From positions 72,122 through 136,121 of the forward strand of contig CAZHVK010000002.1 in NCBI GenBank assembly GCA_964535955.1: DNA of 64,000 nucleotides, written 5' to 3'. Shown here one piece after another: positions 31,028 to 39,322 of the stretch (within the stretch, counting starts at the first letter, position 1; every line of letters begins with the position of its first letter). The position numbers were made by a program, and so were the translations under genes. The DNA is from an uncultured Methanosarcinales archaeon. Lineage in GTDB: Archaea > Nanobdellota > Nanobdellia > Woesearchaeales > CAXGTL01. The notes under the pieces are model-generated. The model was not told the DNA's origin. It ran no database searches and saw nothing but the letters and a program-made list of their open reading frames with translations.

Positions 31028-31608
31028 AGAAACTTCTTTTACACACGTGTTGTGCACCTTGTGCTACACATGTAATTCAATTATTGAAAAAAGATTATGA
31101 AATAACACTCTATTTCTCAAACTCAAATATATATCCTAAACAAGAATATGAAAAAAGACTAGAAAATGCAAAAATAATTGCAAAACAAACACACACAGAA
31201 TTGATTAAAGACCCTTACAACCATAAACAATGGTTAGAATCAGTAAAAGGTTATGAACAAGAACCAGAAAAAGGCAAAAGATGTGAAATATGTTTCAAAC
31301 ACAATCTAGAAAAAACTGCACAATTTGCAAAACAAAACAATTACCAAATATTTGCAACAACTCTTACAATAAGCCCACACAAAGACAATATAATAATAAA
31401 CAAGATAGGAAAACAACTTGAAGAAGAATATAACAAAAAAGAAAACAATACAAACTCAAACAAAATACAATACCTAGAATCCAACTTCAAACAAAAAGAC
31501 GGTTTCAAACACAGCACAGAACTAAGCAAACAAATGAATCTTTATAGGCAAGGTTACTGTGGTTGTGAGTTTTCCTTCACCAACAACATAGCATCACCAA
31601 ATGAATAA
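31024..31608 (+). CDS. queH: Epoxyqueuosine reductase QueH (DUF208)
   Basis: LLLHTCCAPC, RC..CF, TTL.ISPHK and YRQ.YCGC motifs. Confidence 0.93.
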   Translation: MKKLLLHTCCAPCATHVIQLLKKDYEITLYFSNSNIYPKQEYEKRLENAKIIAKQTHTELIKDPYNHKQWLESVKGYEQEPEKGKRCEICFKHNLEKTAQFAKQNNYQIFATTLTISPHKDNIIINKIGKQLEEEYNKKENNTNSNKIQYLESNFKQKDGFKHSTELSKQMNLYRQGYCGCEFSFTNNIASPNE

Positions 31609-32576
31609 AATCTATATTTCTCCTTAACAGCAACATTATAAGCATCAAATATCCTATCCCTACCATAAAACCCACACACCAACAACAATAAAGACGATTT
31701 TGGTAAATGAAAATTAGTAATCATCATCTTGATAGGCATCTTAAACTTATAACCAGGATAAATAAACAAATCAGTTTTTCCACTACCTACTTTAACAAAA
31801 CCAGAGTCACTTGCAGCAGCTTCTAAAGTACGAACAGTAGTTGTACCACAACACACTAACCGACCTTTGCAATTATTAATAATCTTAGCAGCTTCTTCAG
31901 AAACTTCATAATATTCATTATGCATTTTATGCTGAACAAAGTCTTCTACTTTAATAGGTAAGAATGTTCCAAAACTTATATGAAGACAAATCTTAGCAAT
32001 TTTCACACCTTTCTTCCTTATCTTATCTAACAATTCTTTAGTAAAATGTAAAGAAGCAGTTGGTGCAGCAAATGAACCTTTTTGCTTAGCAAACACTGTT
32101 TGATAACGTGATTGTTTATCTACATGATTCTTAACATAAAAAGGGATTGGTAGTTCTGCTATTTGGTCTAGATCAAAATCTTTATTAAATTTTAGATTAC
32201 AGATATTTTCTTTTCTTGTTAAGATCTTTGCTTTTAGGCTATCTTTAAAATTAATAATATTGCCAACTTTAAGTCTTTTACCTCTTAATATACACTTATA
32301 AATATTATCATCTACATCATCTTTTAACTTTTCTTCAATAACTACCCAAACCTTTGTTCCTGTTACCTTTCTACCTACCAACATATTCTTTAGAACTTTT
32401 GTCTCATTTATAACAAGAACATCATCCTTATTTAGATAATTTATGAGGTTATAGAAGTGGCCGTGTTTAATTGTGTTGTTTTTCAAAACCATCAATCTAG
32501 AATTTTCTCTCTTAGAAATAGGTTCTTGCGCAATTAATTCTTTTGGGAGATTATAATCAAAGTCTGAGAGTTTCAT
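31554..32576 (-). CDS. queA: SAM:tRNA ribosyltransferase-isomerase QueA
   Basis: FDYNLPKELIAQ, YQTVFA..GS.AAPTA, TNFHLP.S and YRFYSFGDAM motifs. Confidence 0.96.
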   Translation of the reverse strand: MKLSDFDYNLPKELIAQEPISKRENSRLMVLKNNTIKHGHFYNLINYLNKDDVLVINETKVLKNMLVGRKVTGTKVWVVIEEKLKDDVDDNIYKCILRGKRLKVGNIINFKDSLKAKILTRKENICNLKFNKDFDLDQIAELPIPFYVKNHVDKQSRYQTVFAKQKGSFAAPTASLHFTKELLDKIRKKGVKIAKICLHISFGTFLPIKVEDFVQHKMHNEYYEVSEEAAKIINNCKGRLVCCGTTTVRTLEAAASDSGFVKVGSGKTDLFIYPGYKFKMPIKMMITNFHLPKSSLLLLVCGFYGRDRIFDAYNVAVKEKYRFYSFGDAMLLVKENSQPQ

Positions 32577-32578
32577 GC

Positions 32579-32761
32579 TCATTTCAATTTCTCAATCAAT
32601 TTCTCAACAAAATCTTCATATTTTTCCTCTGCAGCTAAAAAACCAACATCCATATTCAACAATTTTTCTGTTTCATTAACTTCTTCTAGATGCTTCTTAA
32701 GAACAAACGAAATCAGTTTTTTTTCATCATTTGTTAAATTCATTTTATTTCTCCCCAACAT
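32579..32761 (-). CDS. Small hypothetical protein
   Basis: Short ORF tightly packed in a minus-strand operon. Confidence 0.55.
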   Translation of the reverse strand: MLGRNKMNLTNDEKKLISFVLKKHLEEVNETEKLLNMDVGFLAAEEKYEDFVEKLIEKLK

Positions 32762-33875
32762 CGAATTTCTTAATCTCTAAATGATTCTTTTTAGCATGAA
32801 TAACTAAATCCATTTTATCATCAAATTCAGTCATGTCAGTAACAACTTCAGGCAACAATATTCTTTTCCCACGTAAATCTATATTGGTTATTAATTCTTT
32901 TTCACCCTTTTTAACAGCTGTAAAATCAATATCGTCAAGAATTTCTTTTGCACTTACCTTAGGCTTTTTACTTTCCTGAAACTCTTTTGTTTTTCTAAAC
33001 AAGAATCTTGCAATTTCATCTGCAACATTCACCCCTGTTGCTTTTGTAATTCCTTGTAAACTTGGTGACAAATTAAGTTCTATTACTAAAGGGCCCTTTA
33101 CACCTTCTAATATGTCCACACCACATATACCCATACCTAATGCTTTTGCAGCTTCAACAGCTATTTTACAAGTTTGATAATCTGCTGCAAATTTTTCTCC
33201 TGTTCCACCTGCATGAACATTTGATCTTTTCTCTCCTTTAACAGCTTTTCTTTTCATAGAAGCAACAACTTTATCACCAACAACAAATGCTCTTAGGTCA
33301 CAACCTTCAGTTTCAATATATTCCTGAATCAAAAATGGTTGTTTTAATGCTGATAATGTATCAAGCATAGAAGTTGCAGAAGGTAATGAATCAGCAAACA
33401 TCACACCTTTACCATGTGTGCCACTTGGCAATTTCATAATAATTGGATAATTAATTTTTTCTAAAGTTTTTCTTGCAGCTTCTGGTGTTGCAGTTAAATA
33501 AGTTTTAGGAGTAGGAATATTAAATCTATGAAGATCAAGATGTGTCAAGACCTTATCATGACCAACTGTAAAAGCAAAAGGTGATAATGGTAGATAAGTA
33601 TGTTTATTAAGAACAGAAGTAATTGCTCTTAGCAGATTATTATATCTAAATGAACCTTTTGCATATATACAATCATATTTGCTCATTGGTTCACCATTAT
33701 GAAGAATAGGATTATCATCACCAATATTAACCTCGATTTGTTTAATATTTAGATGATCTACATCTTCAAAATATTCTTTCATAGCATCTGCAGTCCATTT
33801 TGATGATTTTGAACCAAGACTTATAACAGCAGCTTTGAATTGTTTTTTATGTTTAGCCATATATCTTTTCACCAA
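32745..33875 (-). CDS. RimK-family ATP-grasp ligase with C-terminal AbrB-like extension
   Basis: G.HGKGV, QEYI, RSNVHAGG, GVDIL and ELN.SP motifs. Confidence 0.9.
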   Translation of the reverse strand: MVKRYMAKHKKQFKAAVISLGSKSSKWTADAMKEYFEDVDHLNIKQIEVNIGDDNPILHNGEPMSKYDCIYAKGSFRYNNLLRAITSVLNKHTYLPLSPFAFTVGHDKVLTHLDLHRFNIPTPKTYLTATPEAARKTLEKINYPIIMKLPSGTHGKGVMFADSLPSATSMLDTLSALKQPFLIQEYIETEGCDLRAFVVGDKVVASMKRKAVKGEKRSNVHAGGTGEKFAADYQTCKIAVEAAKALGMGICGVDILEGVKGPLVIELNLSPSLQGITKATGVNVADEIARFLFRKTKEFQESKKPKVSAKEILDDIDFTAVKKGEKELITNIDLRGKRILLPEVVTDMTEFDDKMDLVIHAKKNHLEIKKFDVGEK

Positions 33876-33881
33876 ATTTAT

Positions 33882-34310
33882 TTATTTTTGTTGTTTATAT
33901 TTTTTGTTTATATTATAATTAGGATCAATAACAAAGTTTTGTTTTAATATATTTCTACCAATCAAAACTTTATACCTTAGCTTTGTCCTATCAGCCAAAT
34001 TAAACAATGTTTTGAACTTCCTATCACCAATCTTTAAAGCAACTTTTATCAAAGGCCTTTCTGATAAACCTTCAGCAGATCTAACCCTTTTAGTTTTAAT
34101 AATTGGGCCAAGTTTTAGTTCAGCTGCTAATTTGACATCTATTGAATTTTTTGCAGCACCAGTATCAATTCTAGCCATAAGCTCTTTTTTCTTATTAGGT
34201 CCATAAATTACTACTTTTTCTGTAAACCCAACTACAGATTTCCTTTTAACAAGTTTCTTTGTTTTTCCTTTTCTGATTGTCCTGATAGTTTTTCTAATCT
34301 TTTTACTCAT
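33882..34310 (-). CDS. RimK-associated putative aspartic protease
   Basis: ARIDTGA, L.DR..L.Y.VLIGR motifs. Confidence 0.85.
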   Translation of the reverse strand: MSKKIRKTIRTIRKGKTKKLVKRKSVVGFTEKVVIYGPNKKKELMARIDTGAAKNSIDVKLAAELKLGPIIKTKRVRSAEGLSERPLIKVALKIGDRKFKTLFNLADRTKLRYKVLIGRNILKQNFVIDPNYNINKKYKQQK

Positions 34311-34373
34311 ATTAATAATAGAAAAAATAGCTATTTATAAGTTTTTCGTAAGTCTATATATAATAGCTCTAAA

Positions 34374-35876
34374 TCACTTCTTTTTTCCTTTTTCAGGCTT
34401 ATCAGACTTTTCAGGCCTCATAGTAGGAAACGGAATAACTTCCCGAATAGAGTCAGCACCTGTTAATAAGATAATCATTCTATCCACACCAAAACCTAAA
34501 CCACCTGCAGGAGGCATCCCTATTTCAATTGCTTGCAAAAAATCTTCATCCATAGGATGTGCTTCTTCATCTCCAGCTCTGCCTAATTCAGCTTGTTTTT
34601 CTAATAATTCTCTTTGTAGTAATGGATCATTTAGCTCAGAATAACCATTACCTATTTCCCAGCCATTTATGTAGAACTCAGTTCTTTCAACTAAATGAGG
34701 ATCATACTTAGTTGGTTTACAAAGTGGAGTGCTTTCAATCGGATGATCAAGTATATGGATTGGTTGTATTAACTTATCTTCAACTAATTCTTCAAAAATA
34801 AGTGACATTGCAACTCCTTTACTAAAGTCACCTTCATACTCAATATTATATCCTTTCATAACATTCTTTATTTCAGTATCACTTAATTTATTAATATCAA
34901 TTTTAGCATATTTTTTAACAGCATCAGCCATTTTCATCTTTTTCCAAGGCCTTTTTAGATCAATACTGGTTTTCCCATGCTTTACTTTGGTTGTTCCATT
35001 AACCTTAAGAGCAACATACTCCCAAAGTTCTTCTGTTAATTCCATAATCATTTCTCTATCAGCATATGCCCAATAATATTCTATCATATAAAATTCAGGA
35101 TTATGAGTTTTATCAACACCTTCGTTTCTAAAATTATAGTTCATATCATATATTTTTTCAAAACCACCAACCATTAATCTTTTCAAAAATATTTCTGGAG
35201 AAATTTTCAAATACATTGGCATATTCCATGCATTAATATTTGTTACAAATGGTCTTGCATTTGCTCCACCATATATTGTCTGAAGAATTGGTGTGCTCAT
35301 TTCAATAAAAGCTTTCTTATCCATAAATTCCCTTATGTGTTTTAGGACCTTAGCTCTCTTAATAATTATATCTTTCACTCCAGGATTCATGATTAAATCC
35401 AGCTCCCTATGCCTAAACCTAATATCATCATCTTTCAAACCATGAAACTTTTCAGGTAAAGGTCTAAGAGATTTACACAACAATTCATATTTTTTAACAT
35501 CAATAGTTAATTCTCCAGTTCTTGTTTTAAATATTAAGCCTTTAATCCCAACAATATCCCCCATATCTAATTTTTTTAAAAGTTTATATTTTTCTTTTCC
35601 AACATTATCTTGAGCAAAATAAACCTGAATCCTTCCTGATTGGTCCTGAATCTGCATAAAAGTAACTTTTCCCATTCGGCGCAACAACATTATTCTTCCT
35701 GCAACAGAAACCTTTGTTTTTGTTTTTTCTTCCTTTTTTAATTTGCTAAACTTTTCTTGTAATTCAAGAGCATTATGTTTTTTATCAAATTTATAAGGAT
35801 AAGCAACAATCCCTTTTTCTCTTATTTCATTCAATTTTCTTATTCTTTCTTGCATTAATTGATCTTCTGGTTTCAT
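34374..35876 (-). CDS. lysS: Lysyl-tRNA synthetase, class II
   Basis: OB-fold, GGANARPF, FRNEG...HNPEF and GMPP..G.G.G.DR motifs. Confidence 0.97.
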   Translation of the reverse strand: MKPEDQLMQERIRKLNEIREKGIVAYPYKFDKKHNALELQEKFSKLKKEEKTKTKVSVAGRIMLLRRMGKVTFMQIQDQSGRIQVYFAQDNVGKEKYKLLKKLDMGDIVGIKGLIFKTRTGELTIDVKKYELLCKSLRPLPEKFHGLKDDDIRFRHRELDLIMNPGVKDIIIKRAKVLKHIREFMDKKAFIEMSTPILQTIYGGANARPFVTNINAWNMPMYLKISPEIFLKRLMVGGFEKIYDMNYNFRNEGVDKTHNPEFYMIEYYWAYADREMIMELTEELWEYVALKVNGTTKVKHGKTSIDLKRPWKKMKMADAVKKYAKIDINKLSDTEIKNVMKGYNIEYEGDFSKGVAMSLIFEELVEDKLIQPIHILDHPIESTPLCKPTKYDPHLVERTEFYINGWEIGNGYSELNDPLLQRELLEKQAELGRAGDEEAHPMDEDFLQAIEIGMPPAGGLGFGVDRMIILLTGADSIREVIPFPTMRPEKSDKPEKGKKK

Positions 35877-35908
35877 ATTATACCACCTATAATATTTTTA
35901 CATAATAT

Positions 35909-36253
35909 TCATAACATTTTAAGTTCGCCTGTAACAGCATCAATATCATCCTCATTATCAGGACCAATACCTAAACAAGTAACAGTTCCAGGAGCAATAA
36001 CAGTTTTACCAGCATCTGTAATTAATGCTGTTATTAAACCATTATCTTTAGCAATTTGATTATGTTTACGAAGTTCTTTTAAATCAGCAACCTTTAAAAC
36101 AACTTTTTTCTGACCAAGCAATCGCCACTTTTTAACTTTATCTTTATCTGAACGTAGTACAGCCTCAACACTAGCATGTGCACACTGTGCACCTAATTTT
36201 CCTTTAGGCAACTTCAAATCCTGCCTAACCAAAATAACTTGTTTATATTCCAT
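35909..36253 (-). CDS. pth2: Peptidyl-tRNA hydrolase Pth2
   Basis: KGKL.AQ.AHA and DAG.T...PGT.T..GIGP motifs. Confidence 0.96.
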   Translation of the reverse strand: MEYKQVILVRQDLKLPKGKLGAQCAHASVEAVLRSDKDKVKKWRLLGQKKVVLKVADLKELRKHNQIAKDNGLITALITDAGKTVIAPGTVTCLGIGPDNEDDIDAVTGELKML

Positions 36254-36315
36254 AATATCATAATAATATTCACAAGAAGTTTATATATGTTTTGTTTAAT
36301 AAGTAGATTCTTTAT

Positions 36316-37302
36316 TTAATAAGTAGCTTCTTTAATAGCTTTCAACAAATCCCTAACAACTAATTTACCCAAATCAGGCCTTTTCATATAATCATAAAAA
36401 AAGAACCCGGGCTTAGAATTCATCTCAATTAACTTGATTTTGTCATCAACATAAACACAATCAATTGTATAAAATCTGGGCTTCAACTCACCTAATTTTT
36501 TATCAATATTTTTCATCACAAAATTAATTAACTTCTTTGGTGTTTTTTTCTTAGTCAGAAATTTAATTCTCCCTCCTCTAGACAAATTACTTACCAAACC
36601 TTTTCTTGGAACACGAATAAAAGAATGAATATATTTTCCATTGATAATAATAGAACGAATATCATGCACACCCTTTACATAACCTTTAATACCATTACTA
36701 GTGTCAATAAACTCCTGTAGAATTGTATTCTTATTAATGTATTTAGGCAACCTATTTTTATTAACAATCTTTAAACCAATGGCGCTTGAACCAAACCTTG
36801 GCTTTATAACAATTTTATCACTTTTAATCTGCTTTAACTTTTGCTTTAATTGTTTTAGATCATGAACAAGAAATGTCTTAGGGGATATTTTTGTAAACAT
36901 TTTATAAGTAGACCACTTATCAGAACACAACCTTTCTAACTCAACAGGATTCAATATACCAACCTTTTTTTCAAAATATTTTTTCCACCTAAGATTTACC
37001 TTACTTAACCTAGTTTTGTCAAATATAAAATCATAACCAAAATCATTAACAACTTTCCATTTACCATCTTTAATCTCCCAACCTTTGTTAAAAAGTTTTG
37101 TTTTCTTATTATACCAAAGAACATTTGCCTTATACCATTTTAAATTATACTTTTTCTCAGCATCTGTAAAAAGCTGTTTATAACAATTACGTAGTTGATT
37201 CTTATTATACTTCTTAATCTTAGAATAAGGCAGTCTACCAAACTCACCATCATCAACCATAACAACTTTTTTTATATTTTTCATGATCAACACCAAATAC
37301 AA
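36316..37302 (-). CDS. Divergent ATP-grasp protein
   Basis: DKW, IKPRFGS, LQEFID, SNLSRGG and IEMNSKPG motifs. Confidence 0.82.
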   Translation of the reverse strand: MYLVLIMKNIKKVVMVDDGEFGRLPYSKIKKYNKNQLRNCYKQLFTDAEKKYNLKWYKANVLWYNKKTKLFNKGWEIKDGKWKVVNDFGYDFIFDKTRLSKVNLRWKKYFEKKVGILNPVELERLCSDKWSTYKMFTKISPKTFLVHDLKQLKQKLKQIKSDKIVIKPRFGSSAIGLKIVNKNRLPKYINKNTILQEFIDTSNGIKGYVKGVHDIRSIIINGKYIHSFIRVPRKGLVSNLSRGGRIKFLTKKKTPKKLINFVMKNIDKKLGELKPRFYTIDCVYVDDKIKLIEMNSKPGFFFYDYMKRPDLGKLVVRDLLKAIKEATY

Positions 37303-37324
37303 TAAACTAAATATAATTCAATAA

Positions 37325-38398
37325 CTAAACATCCAATAATTTATCATCAACATAGATCTTTGGATTTTTAAAAACCTGATCATAATGATTAAGTGCATAT
37401 ATTGTTCCACCAAACCAAGCATTTGAACCAATTGCTACATGCGCAGTACCAAGTGTTTTTTCATCAACAATAGTAATTCCTACAATATTTGCTTTAGGAT
37501 TAATTCCAATACCAAGTTCACCAATTCGTTTCACACCCCAAGAATACTTTGATTTCAATAAAACATGGTTAAGACTTTGTTCAAGAAGCCTAGCTTCTTT
37601 AAAACCAGTAATATTAACAACCTCATCATTTTCAATTGTTAATGTTACAGGATGTTTAGTTAAAAAAGTACCTTGATGGGTTCTTATTGATCCATCTACA
37701 ACAACTTTACCATATATCTTTTTTTTAGACCTTGGAGGAATATAAACTTCACCAGCAGGCATGTTTCCACCAGTTCCAGGCAATAAATAATGTCCATCAT
37801 TAGATACAGCCATTTTTCCTTTTATATTATAATACAAATCAGTGCCTTTTTTTGTAGTAATATGAACCATACTTCCATTATCAAGAATTTTTTTAATTCT
37901 TTGACCATTGTCTCTTAATTTACGATAATCAATATCCATTGAATCAACAATATGTGTTAAAAACTTAGTATCTAAACTGTCTAAGTTTGAAATCGAAGTA
38001 AACCTATGATTAGCTTTTTTTGCAAATGACCTAAAACTTTTCCCAAGAACACCAAGGCCACTTAATTTGCCAGATAAATTTATTGTGATAACACTTTCTT
38101 GCTTAAGATCAGCCAAGCTTTTTACCAAAGCTTCACTATTTCCTCCTAATGGCTGAGAATTCCTAATATGTAACTTAGGCTTAAGATTTAATTCCTTAGC
38201 AGCTAAATAATAACCCATTGTAAATATGGGTGATATTCTTTTATCTTTTGTCCCTAAATCACCTATAATAAGAAACTCTTCATTCTTAACACCTAAACAT
38301 TGTCTTAGTATATTCTTAAAACAATCCTTATAATGTTTAGAAATATCTAAAAACCCATTACTCTTCATCCAATTAATAAACTGTTTTTCATCCATCAA
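37325..38398 (-). CDS. M29-type aminopeptidase
   Basis: NMPAGEVY, IGELGIG.N, DEK..GT.H.A.G and H.D motifs. Confidence 0.88.
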   Translation of the reverse strand: MMDEKQFINWMKSNGFLDISKHYKDCFKNILRQCLGVKNEEFLIIGDLGTKDKRISPIFTMGYYLAAKELNLKPKLHIRNSQPLGGNSEALVKSLADLKQESVITINLSGKLSGLGVLGKSFRSFAKKANHRFTSISNLDSLDTKFLTHIVDSMDIDYRKLRDNGQRIKKILDNGSMVHITTKKGTDLYYNIKGKMAVSNDGHYLLPGTGGNMPAGEVYIPPRSKKKIYGKVVVDGSIRTHQGTFLTKHPVTLTIENDEVVNITGFKEARLLEQSLNHVLLKSKYSWGVKRIGELGIGINPKANIVGITIVDEKTLGTAHVAIGSNAWFGGTIYALNHYDQVFKNPKIYVDDKLLDV

Positions 38399-38499
38399 AA
38401 TAAAGAAATAGAGAATTCCTATTTATAGGTTTTGGAAAAAACAAGAAAAAATACAAAAAAATATACACCAACCAAAATAATCATCACCTGACAAAACAA

Positions 38500-38530
38500 G
38501 GGTGGGAGGTTGGGGGAATTGGATGGTGGG
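38500..38530. other. G-tract motif copy B (C-rich on the minus strand)
   Basis: GGGTGGGAGGTTGGGGGAATTGGATGGTGGG. Confidence 0.7.
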
Positions 38531-38547
38531 AAAACAAAATAAAATAA

Positions 38548-38700
38548 TCAAGAACTCATAAATCCAACTAAGAATCCATGCTCCATTGGAGATATTTCAT
38601 CATTATCCATTCCAAAGTCCAATCCATCTTCATCATAAATATCACCATCAGGCATTTCCATATCAATTATTTTTATCACAACTTTTTGTTCAAATCTCAT
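38548..38700 (-). CDS. Small acidic protein, 50 aa (not in ORF track)
   Basis: MRFEQKVVIKIIDMEMPDGDIYDEDGLDFGMDNDEISPMEHGFLVGFMSS; strong SD GAGGTGA upstream. Confidence 0.75.
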   Translation of the reverse strand: MRFEQKVVIKIIDMEMPDGDIYDEDGLDFGMDNDEISPMEHGFLVGFMSS

Positions 38701-38739
38701 TTTAAATCACCTCTTAATCTTTTTATTTATATTTCTAAA

Positions 38740-38790
38740 TGTCAGAAATGTTCCATTTCTGATCATGCTCAAAAACTAGTGTTTTTGACA
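38740..38790 (-). repeat. Double-hairpin element copy 1
   Basis: + strand: TGTCAGAAATG-TTC-CATTTCTGA-TCATGC-TCAAAAAC-TAGT-GTTTTTGACA. Confidence 0.85.
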
Positions 38791-38903
38791 AACCCATTTA
38801 CATCAAAAACAGATCTTTGAGTAATCATCATTATCTGTTGCTGAAATAAGAGTTCAATTGTCTCATGGCTTATATCATTTGGTTGGATATTATTTTCTTT
38901 CAT
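38769..38903 (-). CDS. Small protein, 44 aa (not in ORF track)
   Basis: MKENNIQPNDISHETIELLFQQQIMMITQRSVFDVNGFVKNTSF; SD AAGGTGA upstream. Confidence 0.55.
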   Translation of the reverse strand: MKENNIQPNDISHETIELLFQQQIMMITQRSVFDVNGFVKNTSF

Positions 38904-38960
38904 TTCTATCACCTTTTAAGATTTTTTTAAATTATTCAGTTTACAAACTAGATAATTATA

Positions 38961-39012
38961 TGTCATAAATCAAAGATTTATGATCATGATCAAGAATCTA
39001 TGATTCTTGACA
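38961..39012 (-). repeat. Double-hairpin element copy 2
   Basis: + strand: TGTCATAAATC-AAA-GATTTATGA-TCATGA-TCAAGAATC-TAT-GATTCTTGACA. Confidence 0.85.
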
Positions 39013-39124
39013 AAAATAATATAGGCAAAGCATTAGGTATAGGGGTGAAGGTGCTTTGCCGAATCAAAAAAAACAAGTTATAGTATACTTACAGTATCTA
39101 TGCTTTATAAGCTTCACACACACA

Positions 39125-39219
39125 TGTCCAGTGACCACTGAGAATGAGAATAGAGCCTATACCTTCTGAAATCAAGCATTTAAGGTCAGTGGACACCCTT
39201 TTTTCAGATGTCCACTGAC
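39125..39219. promoter_or_regulatory. Putative operator array (TGTCCASTGA motifs)
   Basis: TGTCCAGTGACCACTGA at 39125; perfect 11-bp inverted repeat GTCAGTGGACA/TGTCCACTGAC at 39185-39219; next to a TATA-like box at 39104. Confidence 0.55.
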
Positions 39220-39322
39220 AAACTATTAATTATATTTTTTCATATATAAAAAATAATCACAATTAGATATTTTTGCATAAATTATGCTATGATTTTTAAA
39301 TTCATTAAGCTTTCTTTAGTAT

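Noticed and set aside
38578..38820. 80-aa plus-strand ORF
   Set aside because: Antisense to two SD-bearing minus-strand ORFs and has no SD or recognisable motif.
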